Below are positions 17,450 through 26,084 of a DNA stretch of 64,000 nt, piece after piece. The notes beneath the pieces are model-generated. The model ran no database searches. It was not told the origin of the DNA and saw nothing but the letters and a program-made list of their open reading frames with translations. Numbering within the stretch: the first letter of the stretch is position 1; each line of letters opens with the position of its first letter. Source of the DNA: an uncultured Dehalococcoidia bacterium (GTDB lineage Bacteria; Chloroflexota; Dehalococcoidia; Lucifugimonadales; UBA3495); assembly GCA_958296445.1 (NCBI GenBank), contig OY282565.1, positions 2,589,570 through 2,653,569 of the forward strand. Direction: 5' to 3'. Made by a program: the position numbers and the translations under genes.

Positions 17450-18390
17450 AAAATCACGAAACCACATCCGCCGCCTGTCCCCCCAACCAAATACCCGTCA
17501 CTCCGACCAACCATCTGTCACCCCAACCAAATACCCGTCACTCAGGGCAACCATCTGTCACCCCAACCAAATACCTGTCATTCAGGGCAACCATCTGTCA
17601 CCCCTACCAAATACCTGTCATTCCAACCAACCATCTGTCATTCTGAGCAAAGCGAAGAATCCCACCATACGCCGCCAGACCCTTTCCCAACCCGTAGGGG
17701 CGCACAGCCGTGCGCCCCCAACCCAATCAACCACCCGCCTTATTCCCATCACCAAGAGCGCCAAAACATCTATCACCCCAACCAAATACCCGCCATCCCA
17801 ACCAAATCCCGCCACCCCAACCAAATCCCGCCACCCCAACCAAATACCCATCATTCCAACCAAATACCCGTCATTCCGGGCAACTATCTGTCATTCTGAG
17901 CAAAGCGAAGAATCCCACCATACGCCGCCAGACCTTTCCCTTAGCTATCTGTCACCCCAACCAAATACCCATCATTCCAACCAACCATCTGTCATTCCGG
18001 GCAACTATCTGTCATTCTGAGCAAAGCGAAGAATCCCACCATACGCCGCCAGACCTTTCCCTTAGCTATCTGTCACCCCAACCAAATACCCGTCACCCCA
18101 ACCAACCATCTGTCATTCTGAGCAAAGCGAAGAATCCCACCTTGCGCCGTGAGACCTTTCCCTTAGCTATCTGTCATTCCGACCAACCATCTGTCATTCT
18201 GAGCAAAGCGAAGAATCCCACCATACGCCGCCAGACCTTTCCCTTAGCTATCTGTCATTCCGACCAACCATCTGTCATTCTGAGCAAAGCGAAGAATCCC
18301 ACCATACGCCGCCAGACCCTTTCCCAACCCGTAGGGGCGCACAGCCCTACGCCCCCAACGCAACAAACGAAAATCCCGCAACCTTCTAGA
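17450..18390 (+). repeat. 940-bp intergenic block made entirely of family A heads/cores (6 cores) and family B hairpins
   Basis: CTGTCATTCTGAGCAAAGCGAAGAATCCCACC occurs at about 17633, 17888, 18009, 18109, 18191 and 18271. Each is preceded by runs of degenerate 20-22-bp head units (CTGTCACCCCAACCAAATACC...). GTAGGGGCGCACAGCC occurs at 17694 and 18331. Confidence 0.85.
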
Positions 18391-18399
18391 GGCCATCCA

Positions 18400-19635
18400 A
18401 TGACCAAAACCAACCCCCCAGCCCCCACCGGCCCCCTAACCGGAATCCGCGTAGCCGACTTCTCCGTACACGCCGCCGGCCCCTTCGCCGGGCTAATGCT
18501 CGCCCAAATGGGCGCCCAAGTCATCAAAATCGAAAGCTCCGCCCGCCTCGACATCACCCGCCGCCCCCATACAATGTACGGCAAGCCACCCTCCAGCTTC
18601 GAGCAAATCAACGCCAACAAAATGTCCGTCTGCCTAAACCTAAAAGAACCCCGCGCCATCGAACTCGCCCTAGAACTGGTAGCCGCCTCCGACCTAGCCC
18701 TAGAAAACTTCCGCCCCGGCGTCCTCCAACGGCTAGGGCTAGGCTACGAAGCGATGCGCCAAGCCCGCCCCGACATCATCCTAGTCTCCCTCTCATCCAA
18801 CGGACAGACCGGCCCCGAAAGCCACTACGCCGGTTACGCCCCAATGTTCGCCGCCCTAGGCGGACTAGGCCACCTCACCGGCTACCCCGACGCCCCACCC
18901 GTAGAGCTCCGCCACGCAATGGATCACACCGGCGGAATGTTAGCCGCCTTCGCCGCCGTAGCCGCCCTAGCCGCCCAACAGCGCACCGGCCAAGGCCAGC
19001 ACATAGACGTCTCCGTAAGAGACCTAGCAACAGCCTTCATCGGCCCCGAACTGCTCGACGTAGCAATGAACTCCCGCCAGGCCCACCGGCAAGGCAACCG
19101 CCCCCCCGCCACCCAAGACGGCGCCGCCGCCCCCCAAGGCGTCTACCGCTGCCAAGGCCAAGACCAATGGATCAGCATATCCATATCATCCGAAACCCAA
19201 TGGCAAAACTTCATCGCCGCCCTAGACCACCCCGATTGGGCCAACAGCGACCAATTCGGCGACGCCTACCGCCGCTGGAAAAAACGCGACCAACTAGACC
19301 CCCTAATCGAATCCTGGACATCCCAACAAACCCCAACCCAAGCCACCCAAAAGCTACAAACCCACGGCGTACCCGCCCACCCCTCCCTATCCCCCGACGC
19401 CCTAATGCAAGACCCCCACCTCCAGGCCCGAAACGCCTTCCCCACCGTCCACAACCCCAACACCGGCGAGCAACAGCGTGCCGTAACCCCCCCATGGCGC
19501 TTCTCCCAAACCCCCGCCCAAATCAACCAATGGACACCCACCCTAGGCCAACACAACCAACAAGTATTCACCAAAATCCTAAACCTAACCCCCAACCAAG
19601 TCCACGAACTAGAGCAAGCCAAAATAATCTGGTAA
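18400..19635 (+). CDS. CaiB/BaiF family CoA-transferase, paralog 5
   Basis: Track ORF 17710..19635, but its first 230 codons are translated repeats. An in-frame ATG at 18400 follows AGAGG. MTKTNPPAPTGPLTGIRVADFSVHAAGPFAGLMLAQMGAQVIKIE... Confidence 0.9.
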   Translation: MTKTNPPAPTGPLTGIRVADFSVHAAGPFAGLMLAQMGAQVIKIESSARLDITRRPHTMYGKPPSSFEQINANKMSVCLNLKEPRAIELALELVAASDLALENFRPGVLQRLGLGYEAMRQARPDIILVSLSSNGQTGPESHYAGYAPMFAALGGLGHLTGYPDAPPVELRHAMDHTGGMLAAFAAVAALAAQQRTGQGQHIDVSVRDLATAFIGPELLDVAMNSRQAHRQGNRPPATQDGAAAPQGVYRCQGQDQWISISISSETQWQNFIAALDHPDWANSDQFGDAYRRWKKRDQLDPLIESWTSQQTPTQATQKLQTHGVPAHPSLSPDALMQDPHLQARNAFPTVHNPNTGEQQRAVTPPWRFSQTPAQINQWTPTLGQHNQQVFTKILNLTPNQVHELEQAKIIW

Positions 19636-19786
19636 ACCCAAACATCCCCTCCCCCTCCAAAATCCCCTCCCCCTCCGGGGGAGGGCTAGGGTGGGGGCGT
19701 CCCACCCCGTAGGGGCGCACAGCCGTGCGCCCTGTCCCCCGCCAATCAAAACACCCCCACCCCCAAAATTTCCTGACACCAACCCC

Positions 19787-19816
19787 TTGCCAACCCCGAC
19801 GACACCTCCCTAACAT
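19787..19816 (+). promoter_or_regulatory. candidate sigma70-type promoter
   Basis: TTGCCA (19787-19792), 18 nt, TAACAT (19811-19816; CATAAT follows). The same -35 block and spacing recur at 23286. Confidence 0.35.
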
Positions 19817-20002
19817 AATACCTGCCACCCCAAACAACCCGCCCCAACCCGCCGCCAAACCAAAATGACAGGAAATGGCAGAAAATGGGGGGGAAAATCA
19901 AAAAACCCCACCCCCCAATCCCCCCAATAACCCCCAACCTAATGACAAAATTCCGTCACAATGGGTTATCATAGCAACAAAACTAAAATCAGCGAGGCAA
20001 CA

Positions 20003-20659
20003 ATGGCTAAGAAAGGCACTGGCCTAATGATAGTATGGGCCGACATCCCCCCAGAAATGGAAGACGACTTCAACCGCTGGTACAACGAAGAACACCTAGC
20101 CGAACTCCTATCCGTCCCCGGCGTCCTAAGCGCCGCCCGCTACGAAGCCACCCGCAGCGGCCCCAAGCACATGGCCGTCTACGAACTCGAAAGCCCCGCC
20201 GTAGTCGAAACCGACGCCTTCACCAGCCGCCCCCGCACCGATTGGGGCCAGCGCGTAAGCCCCAGCCTCATCGGCTCCAACTTTATGAACAACGTCTACC
20301 AAATGATCCACCCCGCAGACCTAACCGACGACATCGCCAACAGCGACATGGCCCCCGCCCTCCAAATCGGCCGCATGGACGTCCCCCAAGACCAAGACGC
20401 CGACTGGAACCAATGGTACTCCGGCGTCTACGTCCCCAACTACGAAAAAGTCCCCGGCTGCATCCGCGGCCGCCGCTGGAAAGCAGTCCGCGGCGCCCCA
20501 GCCTACGCCACCACCTACGAATTCGACCACGAAACCGTCTCCGAAACCGACGAATGGCTACGCCAGCGCGACATCCACCCCGACAACCAACGAATGCGCG
20601 ACGTTATGACCCACGCCCCAGGCTCCCCCGGCATCTGGAAAAAAACCTTCCAGCTATAA
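20003..20659 (+). CDS. hypothetical protein, two EthD-like / dimeric alpha-beta-barrel-like repeats
   Basis: Track ORF starts at 19961. ATG 20003 has the better RBS (GCGAGG). Two repeats share the pattern ...DFNRWYNEEHL...VPGVLSAARYEA... and ...DWNQWYSGVYVPNYEKVPGCIRGRRWKA... The family assignment is tentative. Confidence 0.5.
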   Translation: MAKKGTGLMIVWADIPPEMEDDFNRWYNEEHLAELLSVPGVLSAARYEATRSGPKHMAVYELESPAVVETDAFTSRPRTDWGQRVSPSLIGSNFMNNVYQMIHPADLTDDIANSDMAPALQIGRMDVPQDQDADWNQWYSGVYVPNYEKVPGCIRGRRWKAVRGAPAYATTYEFDHETVSETDEWLRQRDIHPDNQRMRDVMTHAPGSPGIWKKTFQL

Positions 20660-20872
20660 CCAAAATCCCAAAACCACCTCGCACCATCCCGCCACCCCAA
20701 GCAAACCTGGCATCCCAAGCAAAACCCGCCACCCTAAACAAACCCTGTCATTCTGAGCAAACCCTGTCATTCTGAGCGCAGCGAAGAACCCCACCCCACC
20801 CAACAAAACCCTTCCCTACGCTCAGAATCCCAACGCCCAACCCCATCATCCTGCAAACTGGCAGAGACGGCA

Positions 20873-21832
20873 ATGACCAACAACCAACAACGCCGGAACA
20901 CCGAAACCGCCGCCGGAAGCAGCGCCATCGGCCGCCGCAGCCTCATAATCGCCATAGCCCTGATGGCCGCCATAATGATTGCCGAAATCATCGGCGGAAT
21001 GCTCTTCGGCAGCCTGGCCCTCCTAGCCGACGCCGGCCATATGCTCGCCACCGCCTCCGCCATCGCCATCGCCCTCTTTATGGCCTGGGCCGAAGGCCGC
21101 CCCGCCTCCATCGAGCGCACCTTCGGCTACCACCGCGCCGAAATGGCCGGCGCAATGCTAAGCGCCCTAGCCCTCTGGCTAGTCGCCGCCTGGATCCTCT
21201 TCGAGTCCATCAACCGCCTACGCGACTCATCCCAACTAGACGTCCAAAGCGCCCCAATGCTAATCCTGGGCGCCATCGGCCTAGGCGTAAACATAATCGC
21301 CGCCCTCATCCTCCGCTGGGGCGCCAAACGCAACCAGCGGGCCGACGACGCCTTCCGCCACCTCCTATCCGACCTCATAGGCTCCGTAGGCGTAATAGTC
21401 GCCGCCGTCCTAGTAATGGTCAACGGCTGGCACATCGCCGACCCCATCGTATCCATCGGCATCGGCGCCCTAATCGCCGCCAGCTCCTGGCGCCTAATCC
21501 TCCAAGTATTCCACACCCTCCTCGAAGGCACCCCCGAACACATAGACCTCTACCAAGTTTGCAGCGACATCGAAGACCAGCCCGGCGTAACCCTAATCCA
21601 CGACGTCCACGCCTGGAGCATCTCCGACAACTACGACGCCCTAACCGCCCACGTAGTCCTCGAACCCGGCTACGCCGCCAACACCGACGAACTCCTATCC
21701 AAAATGCGCCGCCTAGTATACGAAAAACACGGCGTAAACCACCTAACCCTACAATTCGAGGAATCCGCCTCCGAATGCCTAGAAAACCACCACCTAGGCC
21801 ACCTAGAAGCCAGAGCCCGCCACGAGCGCTAA
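20873..21832 (+). CDS. cation diffusion facilitator (CDF) family metal efflux transporter, copy 1
   Basis: 319 aa. ...GSLALLADAGHMLATASAIAIAL...ERTFGYHRAEMAGAML...FRHLLSDLIGSVGVIVAA..., typical CzcD/ZitB-type motifs. Confidence 0.9.
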   Translation: MTNNQQRRNTETAAGSSAIGRRSLIIAIALMAAIMIAEIIGGMLFGSLALLADAGHMLATASAIAIALFMAWAEGRPASIERTFGYHRAEMAGAMLSALALWLVAAWILFESINRLRDSSQLDVQSAPMLILGAIGLGVNIIAALILRWGAKRNQRADDAFRHLLSDLIGSVGVIVAAVLVMVNGWHIADPIVSIGIGALIAASSWRLILQVFHTLLEGTPEHIDLYQVCSDIEDQPGVTLIHDVHAWSISDNYDALTAHVVLEPGYAANTDELLSKMRRLVYEKHGVNHLTLQFEESASECLENHHLGHLEARARHER

Positions 21833-21844
21833 CCCCAACAAAAA

Positions 21845-22174
21845 ACCCAAAAAAACCATTGCGCCCCTGCGCCATTGCGTCAAAAAAACCCGTATCCCCC
21901 AACAAGAGGATACGCCCTTATGACTCCCGCCCATAACCACAACAAACACGACGCCCACGACCACAACGCCGACCCCAAAAAACCTTTGCGCCCCTGCGCC
22001 ATCGCGTCAAAAAAACCCGTATCCCTCAACAAGAGGATACGCCCTTATGACTCCCGCCCATAACCACAACAAACACGACGCCCACGACCACAACGCCGAC
22101 CCCAAAAAAACCTTTGCGCCCCTGCGCCATCGCGTCAAAAAAACCCGTATCCCCCAACAAGAGGATACGCCCTT
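21845..22174 (+). repeat. 127/128-bp tandem triplication of the 5' region of the downstream CDF gene
   Basis: AAGAGGATACGCCCTTATGACTCCCGCCCATAACCACAAC occurs with ATG at 21920, 22047 and 22175. Each unit also carries a family D repeat (TTGCGCCCCTGCGCCATYGCGTCAAAAAAA) and the hairpin CGTATCC-N10-GGATACG, which overlaps the Shine-Dalgarno sequence. Confidence 0.9.
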
Positions 22175-23122
22175 ATGACTCCCGCCCATAACCACAACGA
22201 CCACAACGCCGAACTGCGAACCTCCAACCGCCGCAGCCTGATTATCGCCCTAGCCCTGATTTCCGGCTTTATGACCGCCGAACTTATCGGCGGCATAATA
22301 TCCGGCAGCCTAGCCCTCCTAGCCGACGCCGGGCATATGCTAACCGACGCCGGAGCCATCGCCCTAGCCCTGCTCGCCGTATGGATTTCCGCCAAGCCCG
22401 AAACCGTCACCCGCACCTACGGCTATCACCGCGCCGAAGTCCTGGCCGCCCTGCTAAACGCCCTAAGCCTCTGGGCAATCGCCGGCTGGATAATCTGGGA
22501 AGCCATCGCCCGCCTACTGAACCCCAACGCCATCCAAATCCAAGGCGCCCTAATGCTAACCGTCGGAGCCATCGGCCTAGGCATAAACATAGCCGCCGCC
22601 CTAGTCCTCCGCAACGGCGCCAAGCAAAACCTAAACGTAGAAGGCGCCCTAAAGCACGTCCTAGCCGATACAATGGGCTCCATCGGCGTAATCCTATCCG
22701 GCCTAATCATAATCACCACCGGCTGGAACCTCATAGACCCCATCCTATCCCTATGCATCGCCCTCCTGATACTAATTTCCTCCTGGCGCCTAATCAGGAA
22801 AACCCTCACCATCCTACAAGGCAAAGCCCCCCAACACCTAGACCTCCACGCCCTATGCCAAGACCTAGAAAAAGTGCCAGGCGTAACCCAAATCCACGAC
22901 ATCCACGCCCTAACCATCACCTCCAACTACGACGTCCTAACCGCCCACATCCTAATAGACCCATCCCACCAAGAAGACCCCAAAGCCCTGCTAAACAACC
23001 TACGCCACATAACCTCCCAAAAATACGCCATCCACCACACAACCCTACAAATCTGCCACCCCAAAAACCAATGCCCCGAAAACCACCCCCCAACCCACCC
23101 CCACCCCCACCAAAACCCCTAA
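22175..23122 (+). CDS. cation diffusion facilitator (CDF) family metal efflux transporter, copy 2
   Basis: 315 aa. His-rich N-terminus MTPAHNHNDHNAE..., then ...GSLALLADAGHMLTDAGAIALAL...TRTYGYHRAEVLAALL... Confidence 0.9.
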   Translation: MTPAHNHNDHNAELRTSNRRSLIIALALISGFMTAELIGGIISGSLALLADAGHMLTDAGAIALALLAVWISAKPETVTRTYGYHRAEVLAALLNALSLWAIAGWIIWEAIARLLNPNAIQIQGALMLTVGAIGLGINIAAALVLRNGAKQNLNVEGALKHVLADTMGSIGVILSGLIIITTGWNLIDPILSLCIALLILISSWRLIRKTLTILQGKAPQHLDLHALCQDLEKVPGVTQIHDIHALTITSNYDVLTAHILIDPSHQEDPKALLNNLRHITSQKYAIHHTTLQICHPKNQCPENHPPTHPHPHQNP

Positions 23123-23285
23123 CGGCCCCCACCCCTACCAACCCCCCGTAGGGGCGCACAGCCGTGCGCCCTGTCCCATCGCCAACAAAACCCACCCGCA
23201 ACCAAAATCCCCCCATCCAATAAATCCCGTAATCCTGAAAATCCTGATTCAGACACCCCCCCTGCAATCTGATGACACCACCCCC

Positions 23286-23315
23286 TTGCCAACCCCGAAA
23301 ACCACTCCCTACAAT
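23286..23315 (+). promoter_or_regulatory. candidate sigma70-type promoter
   Basis: TTGCCA (23286-23291), 18 nt, TACAAT (23310-23315). The block CTTGCCAACCCCGA..CTCCCTA.A.TAATAC is shared with 19786-19820. Confidence 0.4.
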
Positions 23316-23461
23316 AATACCCAAACCCAACGCCGCCCTAAATCCCCGCAAACCACCAACGCCCCCAACGCCAAAAAATCCCGCCCAAAAAAACGGATGG
23401 AAACGGCGGGAAATGGCGGCAAAACCAAAAAAAATCACCCAACAAACCAAAGGAGCCAACA

Positions 23462-23797
23462 ATGTCCCTAACCCAAATCCGAAACCAAATCAACGCCCTA
23501 CGCCGCAAATTCGCTTTCCCCCTAATCGTCCTGCGCCTACGCCGCATAGCCGACAAATTCTGCGACCAATGGGCCGACGCCCAAGACCACCGCAAACCCA
23601 CCCCCGCCCCCCTAACCCTCGCCCGTCAACTAATCAAAAACAACCTCCGCCTCCACAACTTCAGCTCAATGCTCCACTACCTAGAACGCTGCCGCAACAC
23701 CAAAACCAAACCCCAAACCCACGAAATAATCACCTGGATACTACCCAACCCAGCCCACAAACCCACCATCCAAGCCATACTCCAAGCAAACTTCTAA
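23462..23797 (+). CDS. hypothetical protein
   Basis: 111 aa with normal-looking composition (MSLTQIRNQINALRRKFAFPLIVLRLRRIADKFCDQW...). AAGGAG RBS 8 nt upstream. No family recognised. Confidence 0.5.
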   Translation: MSLTQIRNQINALRRKFAFPLIVLRLRRIADKFCDQWADAQDHRKPTPAPLTLARQLIKNNLRLHNFSSMLHYLERCRNTKTKPQTHEIITWILPNPAHKPTIQAILQANF

Positions 23798-23968
23798 CCA
23801 AACCCCCGTCACCCTGACAACAAACCCCCAACCAAACCCAAATCCCCCAATCCCGAAAATCCCTTAATCCTGAAAATCCTGATTCAGACAAATTCAACCA
23901 CCGCAACCCGCCAAAACCCCCGTAGGGGCGCACAGCCGTGCGCCCTATCCCACCAACAAGGAGCAACC

Positions 23969-25507
23969 ATGAAATACGACGCCATAATAATCGGCGCCGG
24001 CTCCGCCGGCTCCGTACTAGCCGCCCGCCTAGCCGAAAACCCCCAACGCTCCGTCCTCCTCCTAGAAGCCGGCCAAGACTACCCCGACCCCCAGCATCTC
24101 CCCCCGGCCGTCCGCAACGGCCACTCCTCCGAAGGCGAAGCCGTCGGCTCCCCCGTATCCTGGTCCCTGCGCGGCATCATCAACGACCAGCAGGGCGAAA
24201 TAAACATCGCCCAAGGCAAAATCATCGGCGGTTCCGGCTCCATCAACGGCCAAGTATTCCTGCGCGGCCTACCCGAAGACTTCCACCGCTGGGAATCCCA
24301 CTTCGGCAACCCCGAATGGAGCTACCTCAAAGTCCTACCCTTCTACCGCAAAGCCGAAACCGACCTAGACATCCAAGACGACTTCCACGGCGCCGACGGC
24401 CCCATCCCCATCGTCCGCCGCGAAAAAGACGACTGGCCCCCCGTCCAACGCGCCTTCTACCAAGCCGCCCTAGAGCAAGGCTACCCCCCCAGCCACGACC
24501 TCAACGGCCCCGACTCCGGCGGCATCGGCGCCATCCCCATGAACAACCGCAACGGCCTCCGCATGAGCACCGCCCTAACCCACCTCAACCCCATGCGCCA
24601 CCGCCTCAACCTCACCGTCCGCGGCGGCGTATTCGTCCGCCGCATCATCATCGAAAACGGCAAAGCAACCGGCGTCGAAGCCGAAAGCGGCGGCCAAATC
24701 TTCACCCTCCACGCCGACCAAATAGCCCTATGCGCCGGCGCCCTAAAATCCCCCCACATCCTGATGCTCTCCGGCGTAGGCCCCCCCGACCAGCTCCGCC
24801 AATTCGGCATCCCCGTCCAAGTCGAATCCCCCGGCGTCGGCCAAAACCTCTTCAACCACCCCATGGCCTCCGTATCCTTCCAAGTCAACCACAACGTGCG
24901 CCTCACCGCCAACGCCGAAGCCCTCCGCTTCGGCCTCCGCCTAACCTCCGCCCCGCCCTCCTACCCCAACGACATAATGCTCCACACCCTAGCCATCTGG
25001 AACATAATGACCGGCGAAATGGTCCCCTCGGGAACCGCCCGCATCGCCTGCGCCCTAGAACTCCCCGACGGCTCCGGCTGGGTGCGCCTCCAGTCCCCCG
25101 ACCCCGCCGTCCAGCCCGCCATCAACTACCGCTACCTGCACCACCAAAACGATATGCGCCGGATGCGCGACGCCGTCCGCCTAGCCAGCTCCCTCCTAGA
25201 ATCCCCCGCCTACCACGGCATCGCCCAAGGCCGCCTAGCCCCCACCGACCAAACCCTAACCGACGACGCCCAGCTAGACGCCTGGATCCGCCAAACACTA
25301 GGCAGCTCCCGCCACGTATCCGGCACCTGCCGCATCGGCCCCGACGGCGACCCCCAAGCCGTAACCAACCAGCAATGCCAAGTCAACGGACTATCCGGCC
25401 TCTGGATCGCCGACTCCTCCATAATGCCCCAAGTAACCCGCGCCAACACCAACGCCACCGCCATAATGATCGCCGAGCGAGTAGCCCACTGGATATCCAA
25501 CCCCTAA
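23969..25507 (+). CDS. GMC family oxidoreductase (choline dehydrogenase-like)
   Basis: 512 aa. FAD-binding N-terminus MKYDAIIIGAGSAGSVLAARLAENPQRSVLLLEAG. C-terminal GMC signature region ...HVSGTCRIGPDGDPQAV...GLWIADSSIMP... AAGGAG RBS. Confidence 0.9.
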   Translation: MKYDAIIIGAGSAGSVLAARLAENPQRSVLLLEAGQDYPDPQHLPPAVRNGHSSEGEAVGSPVSWSLRGIINDQQGEINIAQGKIIGGSGSINGQVFLRGLPEDFHRWESHFGNPEWSYLKVLPFYRKAETDLDIQDDFHGADGPIPIVRREKDDWPPVQRAFYQAALEQGYPPSHDLNGPDSGGIGAIPMNNRNGLRMSTALTHLNPMRHRLNLTVRGGVFVRRIIIENGKATGVEAESGGQIFTLHADQIALCAGALKSPHILMLSGVGPPDQLRQFGIPVQVESPGVGQNLFNHPMASVSFQVNHNVRLTANAEALRFGLRLTSAPPSYPNDIMLHTLAIWNIMTGEMVPSGTARIACALELPDGSGWVRLQSPDPAVQPAINYRYLHHQNDMRRMRDAVRLASSLLESPAYHGIAQGRLAPTDQTLTDDAQLDAWIRQTLGSSRHVSGTCRIGPDGDPQAVTNQQCQVNGLSGLWIADSSIMPQVTRANTNATAIMIAERVAHWISNP

Positions 25508-25563
25508 CCGAAACCCCGCCGGGAACAAAATGTTCCCGGCAACAAACTAAAGGAGAGACACCA

Positions 25564-25920
25564 ATGGCCGTTTTCAGCACAGAAATCTCCCTAGCCGACC
25601 CAGAACGCCAACAATGGATAGACTTATCCGCAACCGTTGACACCGCCGCCTTTCTGACATCCGCCCCCGGCACCCTGCTGCGGGAAATAGGCGTAATCCC
25701 CAGCTTCACCGAAAACTTCCGAATGGCCGACGGCACCCGCCGGGCAATGGACGTAGGCCACGCCTGGCTGCGCCTGAACGGGCGGGAAGTAACAACCTAC
25801 ATAGTCTTTAACGACGACTACACCACCCCGCTACTAGGCGCCCTAGCCCTAGAAACCCTGCGCCTAGCCATTGACCCCGTAGAGCAACGCCTGATCCCCC
25901 TGGAAAGCCTCCCCCTATAA
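25564..25920 (+). CDS. retropepsin-like small protein, paralog with D-T-A-A in place of D-T-G
   Basis: The last 118 codons of spurious track ORF 23938..25920, in frame from ATG 25564 behind AAAGGAGAG. MAVFSTEISLADPERQQWIDLSATVDTAAFLTSAPGTLLREIGV...TTPLLGALALETLRLAIDP... Confidence 0.6.
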   Translation: MAVFSTEISLADPERQQWIDLSATVDTAAFLTSAPGTLLREIGVIPSFTENFRMADGTRRAMDVGHAWLRLNGREVTTYIVFNDDYTTPLLGALALETLRLAIDPVEQRLIPLESLPL

Positions 25921-26084
25921 CCAAAACCCCCGCCATTCTGTCATCCTAAGCAAAGCCCTGTCATTCTGAGCAAAGCGAAGAATCCCACCTTGGGCCGGCA
26001 AACCCCTTCCTGTCGCCCAAGCCGCCAAAAGCCAATCCCGCAATCACCCCAAACTAAGGCCCCAAACTAAGGAGAGAGACACCA

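Noticed and set aside
17450-18390. Six copies of a roughly 60-bp conserved block separated by variable 20-190-bp segments, superficially CRISPR-like
   Set aside because: The intervening segments are themselves degenerate copies of the 20-22-bp head repeat and family B hairpins, not unique spacers. The same elements occur dispersed throughout the window.
21845-22174. Metal (NiCo/czcD-type) riboswitch upstream of the second CDF gene
   Set aside because: I cannot recognise the conserved four-way-junction consensus. The region is explained by a duplicated gene start plus a family D repeat. A covariance-model scan (Rfam) would be needed to revisit this.
23938-25920. Very long ORFs in alternative frames (for example 23938..25920 660 aa, 26815..28194, 9868..11169, 45029..46357, 36692..38506, 7413..8411), rich in P/R/H/T or G/R/W
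   Set aside because: Their low-complexity composition mirrors the strand base bias (few T/G on +, so few stop codons). They overlap well-supported genes in another frame and lack RBS and family similarity. Only the last 118 codons of 23938..25920 are real (retropepsin-like gene from ATG 25564).
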